Shown here: piece by piece, positions 28,657 through 38,090 of the stretch | Position numbering within the stretch: position 1 is the stretch's first letter | How the letters are laid out: the number at the start of each line of letters is the position of its first letter | NCBI GenBank assembly: GCA_963662335.2 | Contig: CAXXVD010000001.1 | Location: 128,001 to 192,000 of the forward strand | DNA: 64,000 bases | Source: Chloroflexota bacterium | Lineage (GTDB): Bacteria; Chloroflexota; UBA11872; VXOZ01 | Direction: 5' to 3' | Translations under genes and position numbers: made by a program | Notes under the pieces: generated by a model | Database searches by the model: none | What the model saw: only the letters and a program-made list of their open reading frames with translations | Told to the model about the DNA's origin: nothing

Positions 28657-29229
28657 CTAGGCGTCTTGCTCTTTGAGGTATTCGATAGCGCCGCGCACCA
28701 CGTCGAAGCGGCCCTCGCCGACCTTGGCCAAGCGCACGTCGCCCCGGCGGTCGATGAGGTAGAGGGTCGGCCAGGCGCGGTTGCCAAACGCCCGCCAAAT
28801 CTTGAAGTCGTTGTCGATGGCGACGGGATAGGGCACGCCGAGCCGATCAACGGCCTTGCGCACGTTTTCCACGACCTTCTCGTGGACGAACTCAGGCGTG
28901 TGGATGCTGAGCAGCGTGAAGCGGTCATCCGCGTAGGTGTTGTGAATATCCACCAGACCGGGGATGTCGTTGAGGCAGTTAATTCAGCCGTAGGTCCAGA
29001 AGCCGATCCCAACTGCCGACTTTCCCCGAAAACCCGCCAGCGTAAGCGGCTCCGAGTTGATCCACGTGGCCGAACTAATCTCCGGCGCTTTGCCGAGCCT
29101 CGGTAGACCGTCAAAGTGCCGTACTTCGCCGCCGCCGCTTTCCGTAAGCGACGACCCGCCGCACGCGCTCAGCCCAATTGCCGCTGCGCCGCCGGCCAGT
29201 CCGTAGAGCAGGTTTCGCCTTCGCATCAC
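28657..29229 (-). CDS. Thioredoxin-fold redoxin (DipZ C-terminal/TlpA-like) Tat lipoprotein, predicted selenoprotein (UxxC)
   Basis: ORFs 28984..29229 and 28657..28953 share a frame: GFWTYG-TGA-INCLNDIP..IHTPEF..AWPTLYLID..GEG; RR signal and lipobox LSAC. Confidence 0.85.
28948..28986 (-). promoter_or_regulatory. Candidate bacterial SECIS element
   Basis: After the UGA: ..GAC AUCC-CC-GGUCU-GG-U-GGAU hairpin with a GGUCU apical sequence starting 24 nt downstream. Confidence 0.6.
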
Positions 29230-29241
29230 CGGCCTCCTCTA

Positions 29242-31842
29242 TCAGCCCACCACCACGTTTATCAAGCGGCCCGGCACGTATTTGACCAGTCTGACGTCCC
29301 GGCCGTCCAAGAACTGCTGTACGCGCGCGCTCGCCAGCGCCAATTCGCGGGCGCCGTCCTCGTCCAGCGAGACGCTGGCCTCGATCGTATCGCGCACGCG
29401 GCCGTTCACCTGGACGACCAGCGTAAACGTCTCCTCCTGGATGAGCGCCTCGTCGAATTCCGGCCACTCCTGCTGGTGGACGGAGAATTCATGCCCCCAG
29501 CGTTCCCACACTTCCTCGGCCAGGTGGGGCGCGACCGGCGCGAGCACCAGCAGGAACTGTTCCATCGCCGTGCGCCACGTCTCGGTGGCCGCCAACTCCG
29601 GCGAGTAGACTTTGTAGAGCCAGTTGGTAAACTCCATGAAATACGCGACCATGGTGTTGAACTTCATGGCGTCGATGTCCTCGCCGGCGCGCTTGATCAC
29701 GCGGTTGATCCAGCGCGTCAACTCGGCCTCGGCCTTCTCCACCGGCAGCGGCTCGCTGCCCTGCTCCACCCGGCCCAGCAGCATGTTCCACACGCGCACC
29801 AGCCAGCGGCGCGCGCCGGGAATGCCCTCCGTGCTCCACTCGATGTTCTGGTCGAATGGGCCCATGAAGAGTTCATACACGCGCAGCGCGTCAACGCCGA
29901 ACTTCTCTACCATTTCATCCGGGCCAATGACGTTGCCGCGGCTCTTGGACATCCTGCTGCCGTCCGGCGCCAACACCACGCCCTGGTGCCGCAGTTTGGT
30001 AAACGGCTCGTTGAAGTCGATGAGCATGGCGTCTTTGATGACTTTCGTCCAGAAACGCGCGTAGATCAGGTGCATGGTGGCGTGCTCGGCGCCGCCGACG
30101 TAGAGGTCAACCGGCAGCCAGTGGCGCGCTTTGTCCAGGCCGAACGGCAGTTCGTCGTTCTGCGGATCGGCAAAGCGCAGGAAGTACCACGATGAGCACG
30201 CGAACGTATCCATGGTGTCCGTCTCGCGCTCGGCGGGACCGCCGCAGTCCGGGCACGTGGTGGCAACGAACGACCCCGCCTTGGCGAGCGGCGAGCGACC
30301 GTCGCCGGTGGGTTGGAAGTCTTCAATTTCCGGCAGCAGCACCGGCAGTTGCGGCGTGGGCATCTCGACCCAACCGCACTTCGGGCACTTGACCATGGGA
30401 ATTGGCGCGCCCCAGTAGCGCTGGCGCGAAATCAGCCAGTCCCTCATGCGGTATTGCACCTTGGCGCCGCCCAGGTCGCGCTCCTTCAGCCACCCGGTTA
30501 TTCTTTCCCCACCTTCAGTGGACGTTTCGCCGTCGAACGCGCCGGAATTCACCAGCGTGCCTTCGCCCTCGTAGGCGTCGGCAACGGCCCAGTCGACGTC
30601 GTCCGGCGGTTGCACCACCACGCGCACGTCCAGGCCGAACTTCTGAGCGAACTCGAAGTCCCGCTGGTCGTGGGCGGGCACCGCCATGATCGCGCCGGTG
30701 CCGTAGGTCACCAGTACGTAATCGGCGATCCAGATTGGGATGTGTTCGTCGTTCACGGGATTGACGGCGTAGGAGCCGGTGAAGACGCCGGTCTTCTCGC
30801 GCTCGGCGGACTGGCGCTCGGTTTCTTCCGTACGCTCCGCGGCGGCCACGTAGCGCGCCACGGCCTCCTTCTGTTCCGGCTTCGTGAGCTTGTCCACCAG
30901 GTCGTGTTCCGGCGCCAGCACCATGAAAGTCGCGCCGAACAACGTATCCGCGCGCGTGGTAAAGACCCGCAGTTCGTCACCGAATTCCGTCAGAAAGACG
31001 GCTTCCGTGCCCTCGCTGCGGCCAATCCAATTGCGCTGCATCTCCTTGGTGGATTCCGGCCAGTCCAGTTTCTCCAGGTCGTTCAGCAGGCGGTCGGCGT
31101 ACTTGGTAATCGCGAAGTACCACTGCTCCAGGCTCTTCTTCTCCACCAGCGAATCGCAACGCCAGCAGCGGCCGTCGTGCACCTGCTCGTTGGCCAGGAT
31201 GGTCTGGCAGGAAGGACACCACCACTGCTGGCCCTTGGCCTTGTACGCCAAGCCGCGGCGGTGAATCAGCAAGAACAGCCACTGCGTAAACTTGTAGTAT
31301 TCCGGCGCGCTGGAGTCGATCTCGCGCTCCCAATCGAACGAGCACCCAATCAGGTCGAGTTGGCGTTTGTAGTTGGCGGTGTTCTGGTCCACGGTCAGCC
31401 GGGGCGCGATGCCCGTATCGCGGGCGCGGTTCTCGGCGGGCAAGCCAAAGGCGTCCCAACCCATAGGGTGCAGCACGTTATAGCCGCGCATGCGCATCTG
31501 GCGGGAGATGACGTCCGTGGGGATATAGTTGTGGCAGTGACCGACGGAGATGCCGTCCCCCGACGGATACGGGAAGAAGTCAAGACAGTAGAACGTCTTG
31601 CGGCTGTCCTCGCTGTCTGCGGTCTTGTAGAGGCTGGTATCGCGCCAGCGCGCCTGCCAGGCCTGCTCGAAATCCTGCGGCTGGTATTCCTCTGAGACTT
31701 CCTTTGCCGACGCCTGGGTTTCGTCGGCCGGCGCTTCCGCCGGGACGGTCTCCGCTGGGGATTCCTCTGGGTTGGCTTCCGCCGGCGCCGCCACGGGAGT
31801 TTCTACTTCGCCCGCCGCTGCCGGCTCATCCGCTTGGCTCAT
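29242..31842 (-). CDS. leuS: Leucine--tRNA ligase
   Basis: FPYPSG, HPMGWDAFGLPAEN, FTTRADT, GTGAIMAVPAHDQRD, DWLISRQRYWG, RETDTMDTF, RMSKS; HIGH motif reads SVGH. Confidence 0.97.
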   Translation of the reverse strand: MSQADEPAAAGEVETPVAAPAEANPEESPAETVPAEAPADETQASAKEVSEEYQPQDFEQAWQARWRDTSLYKTADSEDSRKTFYCLDFFPYPSGDGISVGHCHNYIPTDVISRQMRMRGYNVLHPMGWDAFGLPAENRARDTGIAPRLTVDQNTANYKRQLDLIGCSFDWEREIDSSAPEYYKFTQWLFLLIHRRGLAYKAKGQQWWCPSCQTILANEQVHDGRCWRCDSLVEKKSLEQWYFAITKYADRLLNDLEKLDWPESTKEMQRNWIGRSEGTEAVFLTEFGDELRVFTTRADTLFGATFMVLAPEHDLVDKLTKPEQKEAVARYVAAAERTEETERQSAEREKTGVFTGSYAVNPVNDEHIPIWIADYVLVTYGTGAIMAVPAHDQRDFEFAQKFGLDVRVVVQPPDDVDWAVADAYEGEGTLVNSGAFDGETSTEGGERITGWLKERDLGGAKVQYRMRDWLISRQRYWGAPIPMVKCPKCGWVEMPTPQLPVLLPEIEDFQPTGDGRSPLAKAGSFVATTCPDCGGPAERETDTMDTFACSSWYFLRFADPQNDELPFGLDKARHWLPVDLYVGGAEHATMHLIYARFWTKVIKDAMLIDFNEPFTKLRHQGVVLAPDGSRMSKSRGNVIGPDEMVEKFGVDALRVYELFMGPFDQNIEWSTEGIPGARRWLVRVWNMLLGRVEQGSEPLPVEKAEAELTRWINRVIKRAGEDIDAMKFNTMVAYFMEFTNWLYKVYSPELAATETWRTAMEQFLLVLAPVAPHLAEEVWERWGHEFSVHQQEWPEFDEALIQEETFTLVVQVNGRVRDTIEASVSLDEDGARELALASARVQQFLDGRDVRLVKYVPGRLINVVVG

Positions 31843-32106
31843 GTTCTCCAACGCCTCCGCGTACGTTTTGCGTCCAAATCTACGTCTAGTGATGTAATTC
31901 CGAAGCACTGTACGCCCATTGTAGCATAGAAGGAAGCCTCTCCCCGCTGTAGATTGCAATCTTTCTGTAGCTGTAGCATTTGATGGTGAGATTACGCGAG
32001 AGTGAGGAAAGTACACCGAAGCGGCCGGCGGTGTAAGCGGACGGCCAAGATGGTACCCTGCTATAGAATCATTACCACGTATCTAAGCGGCAAGGAGTAG
32101 GACGGA

Positions 32107-33264
32107 ATGTCAGCAGCGCCAAAGATTACGCGCATCACGGTCACGCACTACGCGCACGAGATTCAGAACCTGACGCTGGAAGACACGTACGGCTTCGACA
32201 TGGTCTACCAGGAGGGCGCGCGCCTGGGCGGCGGCGGCGGCATCTTGACCATCGAGACCGACGCCGGTGTGAACGGCGTCGTGCCCGGCGGCATCGACGC
32301 CCGCACCGCCCACTACCTGCTGGGCCGCAACCCGCTGGAACGGGAAATCATCTGGCAAGACCTCAAGCGGCTCAATCGCGGCAACACCTCCACGCCCCCC
32401 GGCGACCATGACGTGGCGCTGTGGGACATTGCCGGCAAGATGGCCGGTGTGCCGATCGCGGCGTTGCTCGGCGGCTGGCGCGCGCGCCTGCCTTGCTACG
32501 CCAGCACCTACCACGGCGACGAAAACGGCGGCCTGAGCACGCCGGAAGATTATGGCGAGTTCGCCTTGCGCTGCAAGGAGGAGTACGGCTATCCGGCTTT
32601 CAAGATCCACGGCTGGATTGGCGCACCGATCGCGCGGGAGGTGGCGGCGGTGCTGGCTATCCGCGACGCCGTGGGCGACGAGATGGACATCATGCTCGAC
32701 CCGGCCGGCGCGTTCGGCACGTTCGACGACGTGTTGAAAGTGGGGCGCGCCTGCGACGAGGCAAGATACTTCTGGTATGAGGATGCCTTCCGCGGCGGCG
32801 GGGTCTCGCAGTTCGTGCACGCCAAGCTGCGCCAGTTCATCAAGACGCCGCTGCTCATGGGCGAGCACATTCGCGGCCTGGAGACCAAGGCCGACGCCAT
32901 CCACGCCGGGGCCGTGGACTACCTGCGCGCCGGCAGCGGGCGCGACGGCGGCATCACCGGCGTGATGAAACTGGCGGTGCTGGCGGAAGCCTACGGCCTG
33001 GACGTGGAACTGCACGGCGGCGGCCTGGCGCACCGCCACTGCATGGCCGCCATCCGCAATACCAACTACTACGAACTCGGCCTGGTGCACCCCAACGTGC
33101 CCCATACCAAAGCGCCCATCTACGCCGATCCGAAGTGGCGCGACGAACTGTATTCAGTTGATTCCGAGGGCTGCGTGGCCGTGCCGGAAGGTCCCGGCCT
33201 GGGCGTGGAGCTTGATTGGGGCTTCATCGAGGCCAATAAGACCGGCGAAACGGTGTACGAATAG
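32107..33264 (+). CDS. Mandelate racemase/muconate lactonizing enzyme (enolase superfamily)
   Basis: DVALWDIAGK, FKIH, MLD, WYED, GE, ELH, P.GPGLGVE. Confidence 0.9.
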   Translation: MSAAPKITRITVTHYAHEIQNLTLEDTYGFDMVYQEGARLGGGGGILTIETDAGVNGVVPGGIDARTAHYLLGRNPLEREIIWQDLKRLNRGNTSTPPGDHDVALWDIAGKMAGVPIAALLGGWRARLPCYASTYHGDENGGLSTPEDYGEFALRCKEEYGYPAFKIHGWIGAPIAREVAAVLAIRDAVGDEMDIMLDPAGAFGTFDDVLKVGRACDEARYFWYEDAFRGGGVSQFVHAKLRQFIKTPLLMGEHIRGLETKADAIHAGAVDYLRAGSGRDGGITGVMKLAVLAEAYGLDVELHGGGLAHRHCMAAIRNTNYYELGLVHPNVPHTKAPIYADPKWRDELYSVDSEGCVAVPEGPGLGVELDWGFIEANKTGETVYE

Positions 33265-33290
33265 GTTGCTCGTAGGGGCGATTCGCGAAA

Positions 33291-33451
33291 GAACACTGCC
33301 GCACAAAGTAGCGCGGGGGCTTGTCCCCCGCCGGAGCTTTTGAAACTGGCACGTAATAGATTGACCCAACAGCTTCGCAGGTTGCAAACCTGCGCTACCG
33401 GGGATTTCGGACGCAAGTCTTGCTGTCGCTTTGCTTAGTGAGACAGCATTG
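33291..33451. mobile_element. MITE-like element family 1, copy 1
   Basis: Degenerate TIRs GAACACTGCCGCACAAA / TTAGTGAGACAGCATTG; carries REP A and REP D; splits a GTAGGGGCG..CGCCCCTAC palindrome. Confidence 0.65.
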
Positions 33452-33557
33452 GTTTGCGAACCGCCCCTACACGTCCGCCCGCAGACCGCCCCGCTCTATA
33501 CGGCGCGATTGCACGGTGTACGCAGCACAAGCGTTACGATTCCCAAAGGGTACAGGC

Positions 33558-34094
33558 ATGACAGACACGCTTGCCGGTGGCGCTCCCCAAGGCGCTCTGG
33601 GAGAAGCGCGCGGCAGATCCTCCCAAGACGCGGCGGAAGGCACGGCGGCAAACGCTTCCCCGGACGCGCTCGAAGTCTCGCTGCGCATCGCCGCGCCGCC
33701 GGAGCGCGTCTTTCAGCTTCTCACCGATCCGGAGCAAATCGGCCTCTGGTTCGCGCAGGTTGCCGGCATTGAGCCGCGCGCGGGCGGCGCGGTGGAATTC
33801 GTCTTCTTCAATGACAACGGCAGCGTCAGCGTGTTTTCCGGTGAAGTTTCCGAGTTTGTCCCCAATGCCGGCTTCGGCTTCACGTGGCATCACCAGGACT
33901 GGTCTTTCCCGCCGCTCCACGTGCTCTTCAATCTGGAAAGGGCGGGAAACGAGACCGCGCTATGCCTGCGGCAGACCGGCTTTGCCGCCGCGCCTCCTAT
34001 GGAGTACGAGGTACATGAAGAGGGCTGGCGGCGTTACCTGGAGCGCCTGGCGGCGGTCGCCGACGGCACGCGCCCGGCGGGCTGGAACGCCTGA
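33558..34094 (+). CDS. SRPBCC/AHSA1 domain protein
   Basis: IAAPPERVFQLLTDPEQIGLWF and GW..YLERL. Confidence 0.85.
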   Translation: MTDTLAGGAPQGALGEARGRSSQDAAEGTAANASPDALEVSLRIAAPPERVFQLLTDPEQIGLWFAQVAGIEPRAGGAVEFVFFNDNGSVSVFSGEVSEFVPNAGFGFTWHHQDWSFPPLHVLFNLERAGNETALCLRQTGFAAAPPMEYEVHEEGWRRYLERLAAVADGTRPAGWNA

Positions 34095-34555
34095 TGGACA
34101 AATGGGGGAAACTGGTCGAGGAGCGGCTGCAAGCGGCCTTTGACGCGGGCGCGTTCGCAAACCTGCCCGGCAAGGGCAAGCCGCTCGACTTAGACGAGGA
34201 TCCGTTGGCAGACCCGGCCCACTGGCTGGCGCGCCATATCCTCCGCAATAGCGGCATGAGCCTGCCGTGGGTGGAAGAACGCCGCCGCATCGAGGAGGCC
34301 CTATCCCAGGCCCGCAACCAGTTGGTGCGCTCGTGGTCGGCGCATTCCGCTAACCGCAGTAGCGGGCAGCCGAGCACAGCCAATGAAGCGCACTGGCAGC
34401 GGGCGCTGGCGGACTTTGAAGAAGAGATTGCCGCGCTCAACCGGCGCATCCGGGTCTACAACCTGGCCGTTCCGCACGTGCGCTTCCAGCTTTGCCCCAT
34501 CGAGGTGGGACGTGAGATTTCGCGGCTGCGTCGGGGAAGTGCAAGCCTGCGGTAG
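34094..34555 (+). CDS. DUF1992 (DNAJC28 conserved domain) protein
   Basis: GAFANLPGKGKPL, ILRNSG..PWVE, LN.RI..YNL..P; TGATG coupling to the upstream gene. Confidence 0.85.
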   Translation: MDKWGKLVEERLQAAFDAGAFANLPGKGKPLDLDEDPLADPAHWLARHILRNSGMSLPWVEERRRIEEALSQARNQLVRSWSAHSANRSSGQPSTANEAHWQRALADFEEEIAALNRRIRVYNLAVPHVRFQLCPIEVGREISRLRRGSASLR

Positions 34556-34639
34556 TATCGTCGAACGGCCACCCAAGATGTGCTAAGGTGTGAAGTGCGG
34601 GGATAGCGCACCGATTAATCGTGGATCGCGAGGCGCGAC

Positions 34640-35035
34640 ATGGCTACGCGCGTAAACAACAGAGACCCAAAGGTTGAAGAGCACCTGCGCATCAGCCGCC
34701 AATTCCTGCGCCAGTCTCAGGAAGAACTCAATAGAGGCGACCGTCTCCAAGCGTCAGAAAAAGCCTGGGGTTCCGCCGCGCACGCGGTGAAGGCAGTCGC
34801 ACAGCACAGAGGGTGGCAGCACAACGGGCATCGGTATCTTTTCGAGGCGATAGATAAAATCCGTCTCGAAACTGAAGACCGGGAGTTCCACATCCTCTTC
34901 AAGGCGGCGAACTCGCTACACATGAATTTCTACGAGAATTGGCAGTCCGACTTTTCTATACAAGATGGCATCCAGCAAGTTGAGAAACTGCTGAATAAGC
35001 TGGAATCTCTGGTAGGGGGAGCACCCGGCAAATAG
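34640..35035 (+). CDS. PaREP1-family protein, copy 2
   Basis: QASEKAWG, LHMNFYE. Confidence 0.85.
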   Translation: MATRVNNRDPKVEEHLRISRQFLRQSQEELNRGDRLQASEKAWGSAAHAVKAVAQHRGWQHNGHRYLFEAIDKIRLETEDREFHILFKAANSLHMNFYENWQSDFSIQDGIQQVEKLLNKLESLVGGAPGK

Positions 35036-35133
35036 ACTGCATCCAGGTGCGTGCACGCGGCGGCGACGGCCGTCTAAGAGTAAAGATTCGCAGCGCGAGC
35101 AAACCCAAACAAGAGCAGAAGGCGAGGCGCATA

Positions 35134-35514
35134 GTGGCTACGCAAGTGGGCGGCAGAGATCGCAAAGTCGAAGAACACCTGCGCATCAGCCGCCAACTCC
35201 TGCGCCAGGCGCAAGCAGAGTTTGATAGCGGCGATCGGCTCCAAGCATCGGAAAAGGCCTGGGGCGCGGCCGCGCACGCCGTGAAGGCCGTTGCGCAGCA
35301 CAGAGGATGGCAGCACAACGGGCATCGGTTCCTCTTCGAGGCAATAGACAAGATCTATCGCGAAACACGCGACCCGGAGTTGCACGACCTGTTCGGGAGA
35401 GCCAATTCCTTGCATATGAACTTCTACGAGAATTGGCAAACCGATTACTTTGTCCAAGAGGGCATAGAGAGGGTTGGGAAGTTGGTAGACAAGCTGGAAC
35501 CGCTAGTGGAATGA
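35134..35514 (+). CDS. PaREP1-family protein, copy 3
   Basis: QASEKAWG, LHMNFYE; tandem duplicate of copy 2 including upstream GCGAGGCGC. Confidence 0.85.
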   Translation: MATQVGGRDRKVEEHLRISRQLLRQAQAEFDSGDRLQASEKAWGAAAHAVKAVAQHRGWQHNGHRFLFEAIDKIYRETRDPELHDLFGRANSLHMNFYENWQTDYFVQEGIERVGKLVDKLEPLVE

Positions 35515-35532
35515 CCGACCGCGCGTGAGCGC

Positions 35533-36903
35533 CTAGACCAGCACCCCCGGCAGGGCGTTTGCCACCGCCCGCGTCCCGCGCTCGGTTGCCGCGGCCACGT
35601 CCAGTTCACCGGTATAGAGCGGCTCGATCATGTTTCGCGTCAACAGCGCGCCGATTTCCGTCCAGGGCAGCGTCATCGTGCCCCGCCCGTTGCGCAGCGC
35701 CGCCATCACCACCGGCACGCGCTCTTCCACCTGCGCCAGTTCCGGCCTTTCGCCGGAAGGTTCCTCCACGTGCTTCAGGGCCGGGATCCAGGCCGGCGCC
35801 ATGGAGCGCAGCGCCACGAATGGGGCGAGTGCCTTGAGCGCCTCGTAGGCCAACTCGGTCTGCACCGACTTGCCGTGAATGCCCAGCACGTCCATCACGT
35901 AGAGCGAACTATCGGCGTTTCCGGCGAAGGACGGCGAGTGCTGTATCTTCCAGCCGCGGCCGATGTTCTCGCCGGAGTAAACCATGGCGTGGTGAAAGGC
36001 GGCCTCGCTGCGCGGCGCCAGGCGCGTCATATCGAAGTACGACATTTCCGCGCCGGTCGGCATGATGCCGTGCGTGTGGCCCAGGTCGCGCCAAGATTGC
36101 AACGCGGCGCGCGTTGCATCCGCGGTCAGGTTCAGCCGGCCTTCATCCATGTCCAGCACGCCGCCGCCGGATTGCGCCATCAGGTGCGCCCAGAGCGCGG
36201 CGTGCAGGCCCTCGCCCAGCGCCCACCAGTCGTTCTTGTTGCGCGCGCGCGCCGCCGCCATGAACTGCCGGCCCAGCGCGACCAAGTCGTCCCACGACCA
36301 CCGCTCCGGCGGGGGCGGCAAGTCCGTATCGTCGAAGCGATCGGGGCTCCAGGCCATCACGCCCGCGCCCAGCACCACCGGTACCGCTTGCGTGCGACCG
36401 CCGAAGGTCGTTGCCGCCACCGCTTGCGGCAGAAACTCGTTGAGGAATCCCGGATCGCGCTGCGTAAACTCGTTGAGCGGCCCGAAGAACGGGCTGGCGA
36501 TGCCCGGCAGCGTAAAGATACCGCCGGTGAGCATGGCTATGTCCGCCGGACGACCGGCCGCGGTTTCGGCGTCGATGCCCCGGCGAAAGTACGTCCACGT
36601 CGGCGGAGCGCCGCCGGCCGGCCGGCCGCCGTCTTCGCGCGCCTTGATAATTTGCAGCGAGATGCGGAAGCGCTCACGCGGCCCGGCCGGGTCGATGCCG
36701 CCGTCGTTCCAGGCCTCAATGGCGCGGATCAGGTTGGTGGCGGAGACCAGCGAGATGTTCGGCGCGACCACGTGGACTGTGGGCACGTTGGAGTCGCCGC
36801 CGGGGCGGATTGAGTCTGGCATACTGCTGCCGCAGGCCGCCAGCAACGGCAGCGCGGACAACGAACTCGCCGTATGTAGCAGTCTCCGCCGTGTAATTCG
36901 CAT
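35533..36903 (-). CDS. Extracellular solute-binding lipoprotein (family 1-like), Tat signal
   Basis: MRITRRRLL..LAAC; G..QAVP, PP..WSWDDL; no adjacent permease. Confidence 0.7.
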   Translation of the reverse strand: MRITRRRLLHTASSLSALPLLAACGSSMPDSIRPGGDSNVPTVHVVAPNISLVSATNLIRAIEAWNDGGIDPAGPRERFRISLQIIKAREDGGRPAGGAPPTWTYFRRGIDAETAAGRPADIAMLTGGIFTLPGIASPFFGPLNEFTQRDPGFLNEFLPQAVAATTFGGRTQAVPVVLGAGVMAWSPDRFDDTDLPPPPERWSWDDLVALGRQFMAAARARNKNDWWALGEGLHAALWAHLMAQSGGGVLDMDEGRLNLTADATRAALQSWRDLGHTHGIMPTGAEMSYFDMTRLAPRSEAAFHHAMVYSGENIGRGWKIQHSPSFAGNADSSLYVMDVLGIHGKSVQTELAYEALKALAPFVALRSMAPAWIPALKHVEEPSGERPELAQVEERVPVVMAALRNGRGTMTLPWTEIGALLTRNMIEPLYTGELDVAAATERGTRAVANALPGVLV

Positions 36904-37047
36904 GACAATTTCCCGTCTAGATGAGGGAATTCTACGCGCGGCGATCGCTGTGGTCGCTAGGAACTGCCGCACACCGGCTTGGAATTGATAAGCTGCGACA
37001 AGTGCATAAAGGGTTCTTTGCCGCAGCCAAGAGCGGGGGACAAGCCC

Positions 37048-37191
37048 TAATGCTTTCGCATTAAACAGAAAGACAGCAAAACTCGTGTCCGAAATCTCTG
37101 GTAGCGCAGGTTTGTAACCTGCGAAGCTATTAGGTCAATCCTTTGCATGCCACTTTCAATGGCTACGGCGGGGGACAAGCCCCCGCGCTAC
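37048..37191 (-). mobile_element. MITE-like element family 1, copy 2 (reverse orientation, one TIR)
   Basis: TAATGCTTTCGCATTAA end, REP D and REP A in the same order as other copies; followed by GAGGAATCT-family half-sites at 37197-37239. Confidence 0.6.
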
Positions 37192-37256
37192 ACAATAGAT
37201 TCCTCGCGCCACAGATTCCTCGCTGCGCTCGGAATGACATGCACTTTCGGCGCCGC

Positions 37257-38081
37257 CTAGAACTGCACGACCAAGCCGTCGTACGCCGGTTCGATGCCGT
37301 GGGGCGCAAAGAAATCCACGCATTCCAGGTACGGCGGCGTGCGGTTGTGGGAGAAGTGGGTCGCAAAGCGCCGCGCGCCGGGTTGCAGCAGACCATCGCT
37401 CTCGAGCCGCTGGTGGTGTTCCACGCACTGGTCCATTGAGAGATGCTGCTCCCCCGGCGGGCCGATGCCCATCGTGGACTCGATGATCGCGCAATCGAAG
37501 CGGAAGTTCTGGAGCAGGCGCCACGTTTCATCGGGAAACGGTCCGGTGTCGGAAGCGTACAGCAGCGTCCGCCCGCCCTCTTCCAGCGCGAAGAACACCG
37601 GCGTCAACTCTACCGCGTGATTTGCTTGGAAAGCGGTGACCCGATAGCGCCCGGCCTGCCACGAATCACCGGGCCGCACCGTGTTCAGGCGCAGACGAAA
37701 GTCATCCGCCGCCAGTTCGCGCGCGTTGGCCGCCGCCTCGATTGCCTCTATCGTGGGCGGGGAGCCAAAGATGTCCATCTGTGCCGGCGTGGTCGCGCAA
37801 AAGCTCCCCCGCCGCATGTAGAGATTGGCCAGGTGGAAGTGGTCGGCGTGCGCGTGGGTAATGAGCAAGGTGGAAACCGGCCCGAAGTTCGCGCCCGTGC
37901 CGTGCATGCTCGCCGCGAAATCGGGGCCAATGTCTATCAAGAGGTCTTGGTTGACCATCAGCGCCGAACGGCGGCGCAGGTTGCGGCCGCCCCGGGCGCG
38001 TGCCGTCGTGCAGTGCGCGCACTCGCAAAATACCGCAGGATAGCCTTCGGCCGCCGCCGTTCCCAGAAAGAGCGCTCGCAT
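37257..38081 (-). CDS. MBL-fold metallo-hydrolase (PhnP-like)
   Basis: FLGTAAAEG.P..FCEC..C, THAHADH, YASDTG, THFSH. Confidence 0.88.
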   Translation of the reverse strand: MRALFLGTAAAEGYPAVFCECAHCTTARARGGRNLRRRSALMVNQDLLIDIGPDFAASMHGTGANFGPVSTLLITHAHADHFHLANLYMRRGSFCATTPAQMDIFGSPPTIEAIEAAANARELAADDFRLRLNTVRPGDSWQAGRYRVTAFQANHAVELTPVFFALEEGGRTLLYASDTGPFPDETWRLLQNFRFDCAIIESTMGIGPPGEQHLSMDQCVEHHQRLESDGLLQPGARRFATHFSHNRTPPYLECVDFFAPHGIEPAYDGLVVQF

Positions 38082-38090
38082 AGGTTCACC

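Noticed and set aside
31843-32106. T-box leader for leuS
   Set aside because: No AGGGTGGNACCGCG T-box or terminator/antiterminator was found on the minus strand.
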